In this document: positions 49,883 to 63,055 of the stretch, piece after piece
How the letters are laid out: every line of letters begins with the position of its first letter
Numbering within the stretch: position 1 is the first letter of the stretch
Source: Octopus vulgaris
Lineage: Eukaryota
NCBI GenBank assembly: GCA_951406725.2
Contig: OX597818.1
Location: 57,288,001 to 57,352,000, forward strand
Reading direction: 5' to 3'
Length of the DNA stretch: 64,000 nt
Notes under the pieces: model-generated
The model's database searches: none
What the model saw: only the letters and a program-made list of their open reading frames with translations
What the model was told of the DNA's origin: nothing
Translations under genes and position numbers: made by a program

Positions 49883-50186
49883 TCTCTCTTTTCAAGCCTA
49901 GCCAGGGTCATGGGCCCGGTTTCCCGGTTTCTGAGGCGTATGTGTTCCCCCCAGCTGGACGGGACGCCAGTCCATCGCAGCGTTACTAAAGAAACAGGAA
50001 GAGAGAGTGAGAGAAAGTTGTGTCGAAAGGGTACAACAGGGCTCGCTACCACCCACTGCCGGAGCCTCGTGGAACTTTTAGGTGTTTTCGCTCAATAAAC
50101 ACACACAACGCCCGGTCTGGGAATCGAAACCGCGATCCTCCGACCACGAGTCCGCTGCCATAACCACTGGGCCATTGCGCCTCCAC
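49883..50186 (-). mobile_element. SINE C head and body with tail type 2
   Basis: Head and body as in 32777-33161; tail as in 33585-33635. Confidence 0.85.
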
Positions 50187-50735
50187 ACATAAATATATAT
50201 ATAGACGTATATATTTATGGGGAACTACTTTCATTGTTTACTGCGGTTAGCATTATCAATACTCTACAGCTGAAATACACAATGTAGTGCAATAGAATGG
50301 ATTTTGGTGAGAATATCGCGAATGTTACTGATAAAAAGGTTTGCTAATGTTTTTAACAAGAAAAGTAGAAACCATTCTTCGCTGTACATTCGAAGATTAT
50401 TGTGTAAACAGAATATATAAAAAGAAAAGATTGTCGTTATATTTACACAGTTAATTCCTTCATAGACATTTCTGTCATTTTTTGACGAAAACGATGACGT
50501 ATATGTCACATGATGGCTCCGTTATGTTATCATATGTATAGCATGAGATCAAAGAACATCTGGATGTTGTTGCCGCACCGTCACCACACTAATATGTCCG
50601 GTGAGATTTATATCCTCATCGCAACTTAGAGCATGAACACGAACAAAGAAGATTATTTAAGTTTTCTCAGCTGGCGTCTCTTGTTTTAAGAAATCCTGAA
50701 GATATCTATATCCGCCACTCTTACTTTATTCTCTA

Positions 50736-51127
50736 CTAGCAGTATCGCCCGGCGTTGCTCGGGTTTGTAAGGGAAATAACTATATAAGCATTTTTAGATG
50801 TTAAGTATAATAGCCATCTCAATATGGTTAACCACAAAGGGGGGGTGTTACTGTAGCTTTTTACGTTCTGAGATTTAATAATAAACTTTTAGAGAGTTAC
50901 TTCCCTTATATATGCCAAAAATGCATTAAAATGGGAAAAAATGATGGTAATTTTTTTTTAAATCGTAGACTCATCGTAGACGCGCGCTAATACCCAGAAG
51001 GGCTCGATATGAATCACGACTATAAGATACCCGGTTTTGGTTAAACTGCACCGCAAAATGTGGGAGTAGTTAGGAATCTAAATCGTACAAGACAGACAGC
51101 ACACAACCTTACTTTTATATATAAAGA
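50736..51127 (-). mobile_element. Complete non-autonomous Helitron-like element, 392 bp
   Basis: Minus strand A|TCtttatatataaaag...cccgagcaacgccggg hairpin, cgatactg, CTAG|T. No TSD. Confidence 0.85.
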
Positions 51128-51357
51128 TAAAGTGTCAGGAACGGATGATAAAAAAGCTGACAGATGTAAAATAAGTAATGCGTTCTGCTATTTACCATCG
51201 ACACATTGGAAAGCAATTTCGAAGCAAAAATATGAAGTAGACGAACTCATACAACACTGGTCCTCCATCGGTTTCGACGACGTGGTTTCCAGTTGATCCG
51301 ATCAACGGAAACCACACTTGCTTATGAAATTAATGTGGCTGAGCCCTCCACGCACAT

Positions 51358-51795
51358 GTTAGTTAGTTAGTTAGTTAGTAAATTTTTGGCTCAAAAAGCA
51401 AAAAGCAAGGCCATGTAGGGGGACATGGAGTTATGTACAGGGTGGAGTTCATGTAAAGAGTTCAGGCCACTTGAGGTCAAGGGAGACTTTGAACAAAGCG
51501 GTCGTCGGCATCTTCACCATCTCGTCTGGCGGCTTGTTCCGCGGATCCGCAACCCGGACGGAGAAAGCCCCTCTCCTTCGATTGAGATGAAATCGTCGCA
51601 GATAGAGCTATTCGGAATGACCCCGCAGCCGAGGCTCTGGAGCAGGAGTGAAGAACAGCTCTTTCGAGATGCTGTATGTCTTTGAGTAGATAAGGAGAAG
51701 AGGCTTGAATCCCGTACTCCAATATGGGTTTCACCAGCGTGACATAGAGCGGTAGGAATATGGCTGCTGTGAGCATTCCGAATGACCGTCGAGTC
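51358..51795 (-). mobile_element. CR1-group LINE 3' fragment with (TAAC)n tail
   Basis: FLPLYVTLVKPILEYGIQASSPYLLKDIQHLER on the minus strand, then an internally deleted C-terminus and a tetranucleotide tail. Confidence 0.8.
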
Positions 51796-52039
51796 AAGAA
51801 CAGAATTCCGCGTGCTTTGTTGGCAGCATGGACGCACTGTGTACCCTTTAGAATGTTTTTGGAGATTTATCATGACATAGAAGACTAGACTTTTGAAATG
51901 TAGGTACTACTCATTATTGCCGTCTGAGTGGACTGGAGGAACGTTAAATAAAGTGTGTTGCACACAAGGATACAACACACCGCTTAGAATCGAACTCGTG
52001 ACATTTCAATCGTGAGCTGAATACCCCTAACACTTATAC

Positions 52040-52233
52040 CTATTTCTTTACTACCCACAAGGAGCTAAACACAGAGGGGACAAACAAGGACAGACACACG
52101 GGTTAAGTCGGTTATATCGACCCCAGTACCTAACTGGTACTTATTTAATCGACCCCAAAAGGATGAAAGGCAAAGTCGACCTCGGCGGAATTTGAACTCA
52201 GAACGTAGCGGCAGACGACATACCGCTAAGCAT
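52040..52233 (-). mobile_element. SINE B, 5'-truncated
   Basis: Matches the SINE B body. Confidence 0.85.
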
Positions 52234-52250
52234 TTATATATATATATACA

Positions 52251-52287
<37 letters not shown>

Positions 52288-52302
52288 CATACATACATAC
52301 AT

Positions 52303-53273
52303 AAGGTGCGATGAGTAAATTGTCACCATTTTAACGTTTCAATTTCACGCATGTGCATTGTTTTTGATTTTGTCGACTACACAGTATAGTTGGGTCAGTT
52401 GGGCGCCGTCTGTGAGAAAAACAACGCCATGACGCAATTCACTCTGCTAGAAATTTGGAAACGACATACTGTACTACTTGGCATTCGCACCGGAAGCTCC
52501 AATACGAGGAGATTGTGAATACACAGAACAACCGTTGGCTTGCCGTGTCCCCAAAACGTGTATTGAGAGTGATAAAAATCAAACATTCAGTGAAGATCAT
52601 GGCGTTTCGAGTGATCACTAGTGATGGCGACGTTATGCCTCCATTCATCTTCCCACATGACCTCAGACTCAACACGTAGCCCTACATCAAGTGCCTGGAG
52701 GAGGTTGTGCAGCCCCAGGCCAAGAGAGTAGCTGCTGGAAGACTTTATGTCTAGCAACAGGACCCTGCACCATGATGCACAAGCAGAAGAAGCCAGTCAT
52801 GGCTGTCAGACAATTTCTGCGACCACAACACCCTAACATCTGGCCACCTAACTCTCCAGACTGCAAGCTCCTTGATTATTATTGTGGGTGCAGTTGAGCG
52901 AGAGACCAAACAAAACTCCTTGTAACACCAAATATGAACTGAAGGCAAGGATTATGGCAGCATTCACCAATTTAATGAGACCATCCAGCAGAGTTGCAGG
53001 AGATTCCGAAGTCGCCTGGAGGCCGTGTTTGAAGCCAATGGTGATTTTATTGACAAATTTATTCTTTAGTATTTCAAGATATTTTAATGTAATTTTGGTA
53101 CATACATAGGTGCAGGAGTGGCTGTGTAGTAAGTAGCTTGCTAACCAACCACATGGTTCCGGGTTCAGTCCCACTGCGTGGCATCTTGGGCAAGTGTCTT
53201 CTGCTATAGCCCCGGGCCGACCAATGCCTTGTGAGTGGATTTGGTAGACGGAAACTGAAAGAAGCCTGTCGTA

Positions 53274-53322
<49 letters not shown>

Positions 53323-53323
53323 G

Positions 53324-53358
<35 letters not shown>

Positions 53359-53652
53359 TTGTGTGTCTGTGTTTGTCCCCCTAGCATTGCTTGACAACCG
53401 ATGCTGGTGTGTTTGCGTCCCCGTCACTTAGCGGTTCGGCAAAAGAGACCGATAGAATAAGTACTGGGCTTACAAAGAATAAGTCCCGGGGTCGATTTGC
53501 TCGACTAAAAAAAGGCGGTGCTCCAGCATGGCCGCAGTCAAAATGACTGAAACAAGTAAAAAAGTAAAAGAGTAAACATCTTGTTAAAACGAGATGTCAG
53601 TGTTAATTTCATTTTCGCGTAATTTAGAGGACAATATGTTCACCGCACGCTG
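52303..53652 (+). mobile_element. Internally deleted Tc1/mariner element, maT (DD37D)-like, interrupted by SINE A
   Basis: NTQNNRW, GDVMPPFIFP, QQDPAP, WPPNSPDCKLLDYY. Imperfect TIRs ggtgcgatgagtaaattgtc and gacaatatgttcaccgcacgctg. Confidence 0.75.
53106..53575 (+). mobile_element. SINE A, full length
   Basis: Matches the other SINE A copies. Confidence 0.9.
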
Positions 53653-54807
53653 TATATATTTTATGCAAAGTTATATGCAAGACTACCAAACATTAATTTG
53701 AAGAATCACTTAACACGTTGCAGGAGATCAACATATTTATTAGTTTTACAAGGAAAGCTTAGTTTAATGTTCCGGGGTATTTGATGTTCTATTTAGTTTT
53801 GTTTTCTTCAAGCTTTTTGTATAGTAATTCAGGAGATTCTTTAAGCGAATGAATCGTGGAATATAAAAAAGTAAGTGTTGGGAAAGTGATTTGGTCGGCA
53901 GAAAGAGGGAATAAGGCAGAGCGAAAGGAATGGAAGGAAATTATGGTTTCCCAGGATACGTTGGGAAGGAAATGATGGTAAAGACGACGATTTTATTTGA
54001 TATTTATGGTCCATAAAAGAATGTGTATCATAGGGACATATTTGCGTATTATATAAGAAAAGTCGCATAATGAGTATTTATCATTTTTGCAGGTCTTAAC
54101 GCAGCGAACGAGCAAAATCGTTAGCACACCGGTCAAACCACATAACAGCATTTCGTCCGCGTTTACGTTTTGAATTCAAATTCCCCCGGGGTCGTCGTCT
54201 TAGCCTTTCATGCCTTTGGAGTTGATAAAATAAGTTCCAGTTGAGTACTAGGGTTGATTTACACTACTGAACCCCTCCTCCGAAATTGCTGGCCTTGTGC
54301 TAAAATTTTAAACTATTATTACGGGTCTTGGAATGTACACTTCATTGCAGGGTTTAAATGAATTTGTAACATTTGGCCTAGAATTTCTCATAGGACAAGG
54401 AAATTATAGGGAAGTTAATGTTTTTTATTTAGTAATTATTCGATGAAAATAATATTTTTTTTCAAACACCCACTCGTGTGTTTGCCTACGCGAATCGAAC
54501 CATAATCGGCAAAGAAATATCTAAGATATGCTCTTATATAAATGATAATGCTAAACTGTTTGTCAAAATTCAGTACTCTCAAAACATTTTGATTTATTAT
54601 TACATTTTTATTACTTATCATGTGATATGTTATTAAAATGTACATTATTTTCATTTTTGCTTACAACTCACTTACAAACCCACGTAGACACTCTCACACG
54701 GACAGACACGTTTGTACGTAGGAGTATGTAAGTGTGGTCACACAGCAAGCAACCATCTGCGCACCAGGTAAGATGGCGCTACAAGCATACTTTGACAAGT
54801 GTATGAA

Positions 54808-54858
<51 letters not shown>

Positions 54859-54900
54859 AGTTGAAATGAATATGTATAGGAAAGCAAAATACGAAGAGAG

Positions 54901-54978
<78 letters not shown>

Positions 54979-55580
54979 ATGTGTGCATGAGTCTGTATGA
55001 ATATTTACATATATGAACATACAGATCCTGGAGTGTAAGTGCATGCGTGAACATGTGTGCGTGATCTTGAAGTAAAAAAATGCTTAAGCCAAAAGATTTC
55101 CTTTCAGCCACGTTTTAATAGGATTTTTCCCATTCTCATTTCTATACATTTAATGAACATGCTTGGATAATACTTGGCGAGTAGCCAAATCCACTTAAAT
55201 GATTTTCTTTATGACAGAAACAAAAAAAAATACCTGTAGTCTAATCTCAATACGCCTACACGGATATACACAAATCCCCAAAATTCGCAAACATCACCAG
55301 AATTAACACGTACAAATCTAGCAAATACCTGTACAGACAAACATCTTTGATAAATCCACCTATTTTAAACAAAACAGCCCAAGCACCACCAAAACCCTAT
55401 ATAAATCACATATAAATACAAGATCCAATTGTTACTTCTTAACTCTTCTTAGGCTTCCCATAAGGTGGAGCTACAAGTCCCTGTAATCGATTCTTCAAAG
55501 TTTTGAAATATCTGGTACTCATAAGAAGTATTCACTTTTTTCGTTTTTTTTTTAAAGACAGTAATACACAATAAACAATT

Positions 55581-56070
55581 ATTTTTCTTTACTACCCACA
55601 AGGGGCTAAACACAGAGGGGACGAACAAGGACAGACAAACGGATTAAGTCGACGGATTACATCGACCCCAGTGCGTAACTGGTACTTAATTCATCGACCC
55701 CGAAAGGATGAAAGGCAAAGTCGACCTCGGCGGAATTTGAACTCAGAACGTAACGACAGACGAAATACCTATTTCTTTTTTACCCACAAGGGGCTAAACA
55801 CAGAGAGGACAAACAAGGACAAACAAACGGATTAAGTCGACGGATTACATCGACCCCAGTGCGTAACTGGTACTTAATTCATCGACCCCGAAAGGATGAA
55901 AGGCAAAATCGACCTCGGCGGAATTTGAACTCATAACGTAACGACAGACGAAATACTGCTAAGCATTTAACCCGGCGCGCTAACGTTTCTGCCAGCTCGC
56001 CGCTTTAAACCAGAAGAAATGCCGCTAAGCATTTTGTCCGACGCGCTAACGATTCTGCCAGCTCGTCGCC
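55581..56070 (-). mobile_element. SINE B dimer plus an extra head
   Basis: Both units share private variants (gtcgacggattac, aattcatcgac). Confidence 0.88.
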
Positions 56071-56640
56071 AATACACAATAAACTATTACTCATAAACAC
56101 AAACACGATCGCATTCATAATCACAAATAATAACTGGAGTAACCAATAAACGTGCCGTAGACTATATTTGCATAAAATCAATAAATTAAACCAGTAATTC
56201 TCAACCATTTCTTTTAGCTATGGATTCCTTTGAATCCTATTTTCCTCGGATCGACCCTAATAGCCATTTGGTGTTTAAAATATCCCATTATAGTTTTATA
56301 ATGAGATATTCTTAGAAATCGCATAAAAAATTGCTAAAATATTTTGTGCATTTTAGAAGTATAACCAGCAAGTTATACTTCTACAATGTAAATATTCATA
56401 CAGACACACACACTCACAATTATATATTTATATATACACCTGTCTTCGTCTTCTCTTTTCCAATACATATTTATTTCAATTATAATATATATTCTTCGCT
56501 AAGATAAGTTATGATATCCTTTTCATTAATATTGTTACATTTTATTCGATGATTTATTGTTACGATGCGTATATTTATATATTTATTTGCTAATTATTAT
56601 ATGTTAAGATACGTGTACATACATTTATTTTATTAATTTA

Positions 56641-56754
56641 GACCTTAAGAGTGGCTATATCTTTCAATCGAATTAATTTTAAATCGAATTAATTCTAAAA
56701 GTATCGATATTATTATTATCAATTTAAAGATATAGTCACAAAACGCGCGTAGTC
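56641..56754 (+). ncRNA. Degenerate hammerhead with a long stem II in an AT-rich element (about 56430-56935)
   Basis: gac CTTAAGA [gtggctatatcttt/aaagatatagtcac] AAAAC GCGC GTA gtc. The 3' terminus resembles the reverse complement of 44911-44955. Confidence 0.6.
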
Positions 56755-57521
56755 AATTTAATGTTTATTTAATTTAGTGATTTTTAGAATATATTTCAAT
56801 ATCAGTTGAATTACTTAGAAGTTATTTCTCTTAATTATATACATATATATTGTGAAATTTGATTTAGTATTGCTTAATTGAATTTTTTCCTGTAAGTTTG
56901 GAATTTTATATTCCTTACTATTATTAATTATATATAGAGAGACATGTAAATATATACATAAATTTTAACTGCAAAATCTTCTACAGAACTCCAAGGGTCC
57001 TGTGGCTCTCGGTTGAGAGAGTTTAGACCTATAAGTTGGATATTTACACACAGATTTCACTCAGTTATCTAGAAGTGAACGTTGAAAATCGAGATATCGG
57101 AGAAAATTGTAAGATGAGTTTTTGCTATCATTTGTTAGTAATAGTCAGGTTGCGAGCTCCATTGTTAATGGTTTGGTAGGGATCTTCCCTAATGGTAGTC
57201 AGAAGGTGAACGTCATAGACAGTGGTCAAATAAAGCTGTTCACTGTCCTCCGTTCGTAGAATTGAAAGGAAAATGGTCGATATTTTGCGTTTGACTTAAA
57301 ATTCCACACCGTATACAAAAAGATGGAAATTTGCTTGTAATTGAATTAATTTCTATCATTCCATATTTTTGCTGAAACTATCTTAGTTTTTATGTTAAAT
57401 TGTACCATTTCGATGGTTGCACGATGTGTTTATTGGTGATTTATTTTAACTTTGGAACAATTAACTAGTATATTTTGAGCCATTAAAAACTGAGAGGTAT
57501 ATTTTCCCAAAGATCTTATCA

Positions 57522-57780
57522 ATCATAGATGTACTCCTCAAACCTTTATGCCCACAGATACCAAGCTACATAAGGGATGACATAGACTTCCTCACACACA
57601 TTCCAAATACAGTCCCGAAAAACACCATACTTGCAAGCTTTGATGTCACAAATCTATACGCAAACATACCACACACCCTAGGTCTAGAAGCACTAAAGCA
57701 ATCGATAGAAAAATACAGAGAACTTATAGACGAACGTTTCAAGACAAACTTTATCACCCAAGCATTAAAAAATATAAAAG
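57522..57780 (+). pseudogene. Penelope-like element reverse transcriptase fragment
   Basis: Stop-free frame, absent from the ORF track: IDVLLKPLCPQIPSYIRDDIDFLTHIPNTVPKNTILASFDVTNLYANIPHTLGLEALK. The SFDVxxLYxNIP motif is typical of PLE RT. Confidence 0.85.
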
Positions 57781-57881
57781 GCAGCATTAAAAAAAATTTA
57801 TAGCACCTTAAAAATATGTTAAAACTAGTTTAAAGCTATTACCATGGTTTTCGGCGTAAAAGTGAAGGTAGTATATGGAGT

Positions 57882-58257
57882 GGTACTCCGTCGGTAACGA
57901 CGAGGGTTCCAGTTGATCCGATCAACGGAACAGCTTGCTCGTGATATCAACGTGCAAGTGGCTGAGCACTCCACAGACACGTGAACTCTTAACGTAGTTC
58001 TCGGAGAGATTCAGCGTGACACAGAGTGTGACAAGACTGGCCCTTTGAAATACAGGTACAAGAGAAACAGGAAGAAAGCGTGAGAAAAAGTCGTGGTGAA
58101 AGAGTACAGCAGGGTTCACCACCACCCCTGCCGGAGCCTCGTGGTGTTTTAGGTGTCTTTGCTCAATAAACACTCACAGTGCCAGGTCTGGGAATCAAAA
58201 CTGCGATCTTATGGCCGCGAGTCCTCTGCCCTAAGCACTGGACCATTGCGCCCCCAC
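57882..58257 (-). mobile_element. SINE C, tail type 1
   Basis: Flanked by duplicated agtatatggagt. Confidence 0.87.
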
Positions 58258-58274
58258 AGTATATGGAGTAAACA

Positions 58275-58568
58275 TATAGTGTAAGGACGATGCAGCGGAC
58301 TTTTGGTCGAGGGATCGCAGATTCGAATCTCAGACCGGGCCATTTGTGTGTTTGTGAGTGAAACATTTATGCTCCACGCGGCTCCGGCAGAAGGTAATGG
58401 CGAACTTCTGCTGACTCTTTCGCCACAACCTTCCCTCACTTTTTCCTCACGCCTCTTGCAGCTCACTTGCGACAGACCGGCGTCCCGTCCAGGTGGGGAA
58501 CCTATGCGCCAAGGAAAGCGGGAAAGTAGGCCCTTATGAGCCAGGCATGGCCAGAGAAGGAACAAACA
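58275..58568 (+). mobile_element. SINE C variant, tail type 2'
   Basis: Colinear with 29963-30270. Confidence 0.8.
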
Positions 58569-59383
58569 TAGTACTGTAAGCATTCAAATAACATCCTTAT
58601 GTTTTCAAATTCTGCTGCATTTCACATGGAATTTTTGGCCCTGCAAAATCGTGTTGGTGTATATGTGGTCCTACTTCATTTGAACTGTAAAATTTGGTCT
58701 GAAAAACTTGACATTGCAGCTGGAAAATACGGTACTCGTTCTAAAATAGATTTTCGCTGAGAAATAGAGAATAGTGATTAATTAAAAGAAAAGAAAAACA
58801 AGAGAAAAGCAAGTGTTCTTCAGGAGATTGACCACCTCACATAACATCATAAGAATTGTCTGCTTGTAGATTTTACGATCTCAAATTTTAGCCTTCTGTT
58901 ATACAAAGTTGATGATCTGTCTAGTTGGCAATTTTACAGAATCAACTTGTTCTCGGAAGCACAATTACAGCTCCCTGTAGTGTATACGTTTACGCTTCGA
59001 ATTGTTTTTTGGTCAGTTAAACCGCACCACCCAGCCCAGAATAATTCACCCGCTTAGACAAAAGCAGATATAAATAAGTATACATGTATACACATATACG
59101 GATATTCACACATTCACGCACACAGAAATACCACTAAAAACATGAGTTTTATGGAGCGTAATTATTGGTAACTCATTTGGAATTAATTCTGTTAATGCTT
59201 TCCGCCGAATGTCTACACACATATCCACACAACTGCGCATGTACACATATTCTCTTTTATATATATATTTATACACACATATTTACATATATATACATAT
59301 TTATATATGTATATATTTATACACAGACACATACATATTACACACATATTTACATATATATACATATATATATAATTATACAG

Positions 59384-59418
<35 letters not shown>

Positions 59419-60072
59419 CATACATATATATATACACTCACACATATTTACATATATATATATATATATATATATACATATTTATATATGCATATATTTA
59501 TACACAGAGACATATACACATACATTTTAAATTATATATATCATATTATATTATATTATATATATAATCGCAAAGACGCATATCATTTGCCAAGCTATAT
59601 TATGAAAATGAATCTGAAGTTGAATAGCGAGGAGAAAGTTAAACAAAACTTTGTTACAAACACACACATACATGCATATATATGTACAATGGTGATATAT
59701 TAAGGCTGCAAGACGAAATACGGTGTCTCTACCAGCAATTAATATGCACGAAACAATAGCCTGCAATGTGTTTAATTGGCAAATTGTTTTTCCAATGTTG
59801 CGCCACTAAACTTAATGAGTATTTAAGCAATGCGTTCGTGGATGGTGAATGTGGCACTGACGAAGGAGCAAAAATGCTTGAAATATGAAGATACACCTAT
59901 TACCTATTTTTCTATCTTCGATCGCATAGTGATGATTTGATTTTATATTCGAGTATACACCTTGTCGTATGCCGTTTAAAGCCGTTCGCCTATCTATCGT
60001 CATCAACGGTAGGTAGTTATATACCACTGGGTTTACCTCAGGAATTCTTTTATTCCGTAGAATTTACAAAAA

Positions 60073-60367
60073 TATGAGAGAAAGACAACGGAATTCATAA
60101 GACTATTATTCATTATGATCGTTTCGACCCGTAGTTCCTTGTGTAGGCGCGTAGAAAACAACTACTAGAATGCATCGTAATAGAAATAAGCGAAACGAAG
60201 ATTAAAAACCGAGGTACAGTTTGTCAAGTCACCTGACAATACACAGCTGCACCTACGATACACTACGACTGTTTGTATAACATCTCACTCATTATGCTCT
60301 GGTGTACGATGCGTCAATATGATCGAAATGAATAATAAAGATTCTCTTTCCGTCTCTCTCTCTCATA
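60073..60367. mobile_element. Imperfect inverted-repeat element whose arms begin at an HHR 3' half
   Basis: The left arm on the minus strand reads gtc GAAAC GATC ATA atgaataat...tctctcata. The right arm (60313-60367) is a decayed equivalent. Confidence 0.5.
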
Positions 60368-60389
60368 CACACACATACAAACATGCATA

Positions 60390-60670
60390 CATGGGCACCG
60401 CCGGTAGCCTTGCTACACTTTCATTACTTTAAACCTCCTCTGGTGTTTGGTATTCGGTGAATGAGGGGCTTTGATGTTGCTGCTCGCATCTGTATTTCTT
60501 TTCTTACCGCGAGATAGGTTCATCCGGAACTTTTGACAGGAGGAGGTCCCGTTTTGTTTTGAAGACACCGACACCAATTCTCAGACCTTTTGGGAGGATG
60601 CTAAAGAGCTGTGGGCCCTTGAAATTCAAGATTTGGCAGCATCTCGTCCTGTATATTGATGGTGCTTCGT
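60390..60670 (-). mobile_element. CR1-group LINE extreme 3' end
   Basis: Minus strand FKGPQLFSILPKGLR...VFKTKRDLLLSKVPDEP. Confidence 0.7.
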
Positions 60671-60842
60671 TATTACCTTACACTGATGCACTATATTCTT
60701 CCTTAAACATTAATTTTATAAAGAACAAATCATTTTGTTTTTGAAGTACCGAGGCATTTATTCACTTGTATGTGGAACTCGTATTTAAAAGAATTAATAC
60801 TAATCCCCCTCACAAGAGTAGGTATTAAGGCAGGATTATTCG

Positions 60843-61247
60843 TTTCTACTCTAGGCACAAGGCCTGAATTTCTATTTCTTTTTGATTGAGGACAGACAAA
60901 GGGCCAGTCGATTAGATCGACCCCAGTAAGCAACTGGTACTTAATTTATCGACCCTGAAAGGATGAAAAGTCGACCTCGGCGGAATTTGAACTCAGAACG
61001 TAACAGCAGACGAAATACTTATTTCTATTTCTTTACTCACAAAGGGCTAAACATAGAGGGGACAAACAAGGACAGACAAACGGATTAAGTCGATTATATC
61101 GACCCCAGTGCGGAACTGGTACTTATTTAATCGACCCCGAAAGGATAAAAGGTAAAGTCGACCTCGGAGAAATTTGAACTCAGAACGTAGCGGCAGACGA
61201 AATACCGCTAAGCATTTCGCCCGGCGTGCTAACGTTTCTGCCAGCTC
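60843..61247 (-). mobile_element. SINE B dimer with the alternative terminal tail
   Basis: Flanked by duplicated caggattatt. Confidence 0.88.
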
Positions 61248-61786
61248 AGGATTATTATAAGTATTATAATTAATATCTTAACAGTATTATCACATCTGCA
61301 ATTACTTTTACTTAAAGGTATCGAGGTCTACTTCAGGTAAATTGCCATTATCGTGAATTACACAATTCACACTATTGATTCTACGCGTGTTTACAGATTT
61401 TGAGTAGAGATCCTGGCTAATTCTACATATAATATGCGTTGCTAAAACTTTTGCCAAATTTCCAGTGGCACAAGAACTATCGTCGGTACGTCACGTGATT
61501 TTCTCTATTCTTCTTTGTGACTTATTCTCCGATTGTTTTTTGAAATTCCCTTAAACGATGTGTGGATTTACTTGTCATGCGTGAAGAATTACATTGGACG
61601 TCTATTCTACAAACATTCACTAGTAAATGTAAATAATGTACGTAATTCCTCATCTCTTAAACATAGAACAGTGAAGACCGAGTCTGATCGTTGGACATTG
61701 ATAAACAAATTCGTTTTACGCGGAGTGCTTTATAGATACCTGCCTGGATTTTTATATCCCTTTTTAGTTGATATCCCTTTTAGTTG

Positions 61787-61847
<61 letters not shown>

Positions 61848-61893
61848 CACACACACACACATACATACATACATGCACAAACATATATATATA

Positions 61894-62176
61894 TATATAT
61901 TGGAAGAAATGAGGTACTCAGAAATCTGGATGGTTTTATATTTACAGATATTTATTAGTATGTTACATGTTTTTATAAATCCTATATCATATATTAGCGC
62001 TTTCGTCCACTCTAGAGGAGTTGACAACTCCTTTAGAGTGGACGAAAGCGCTAATATATGATATATGATTTATAAGAACATGTAACATACTAATAAATAT
62101 CTGTAAATATAAAACCATCCAGATTTCTGCGTACCTCATTTCTTCCAATATATAATACCCGTACATCATTTCCAAA

Positions 62177-62234
<58 letters not shown>

Positions 62235-62567
62235 CATACACACACACACACATACATACATGCACATACACAAACATATATATATATATATTGGAAGAAA
62301 TGAGGTATTCAGAAATCTGGATGGTTTTATATTTACAGATATTTATTAGTATGTTACATGTTTTTATAAATCCTATATCATATATTAGCGCTTTCGTCCA
62401 CTCTAGAGGAGTTGACAACTCCTCTAGAGTGGACGAAAGCGCTAATATATGATATATGATTTATAAGAACATGTAACATACTAATAAATATCTGTAAATA
62501 TAAAACCATCCAGATTTCTGAGTACCTCATTTCTTCTAATATATAATACCCGTACATCATTTCCAAA

Positions 62568-62571
<4 letters not shown>
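61894..62571. mobile_element. Two tandem copies (period 391 bp) of an approximately 260-bp fold-back palindrome in (TA)n
   Basis: Axes at 62024 and 62415. Each arm reads gagtggac GAAA GCG CTA atat outward. The right arm has an extra terminal segment of about 25 bp. Confidence 0.85.
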
Positions 62572-62623
<52 letters not shown>

Positions 62624-62987
62624 CATGAGTGAGTTTGAAGTTGTTGCCCTCATCTGTGCTTTTTTTTATTTAAATTTTTCAGAATTTTTTATGTTAAATT
62701 TCCAAATGAATGGAGAACTGCTGTGAGCACGTTTATGAGGTTTTATTCACCTTACTCTATTTATATCTTACTTTTATCCTATTTATTTTCACAAAATTTC
62801 GCTTTTAGCAGCCACTCATTCCTACTTACCTTATTTTTATTTCTTTTTGTTAATCATTGAAAATATATGTCGAATAGTATCATCTTTGTGAAGACGTTTT
62901 AATCAGGTGAGGAAAAAAAAAAACGCAAAATGATATTTCAATCTGAGCATAAATTTTCTCTAAAGTAAAGAAAATATAATCGTCATA

Positions 62988-63055
<68 letters not shown>

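Noticed and set aside
59851-59898. CTGACGA-gagca/tgctt-GAAA hammerhead candidate
   Set aside because: Stem II is good but there is no NUH triplet or stem I, so it was not called.
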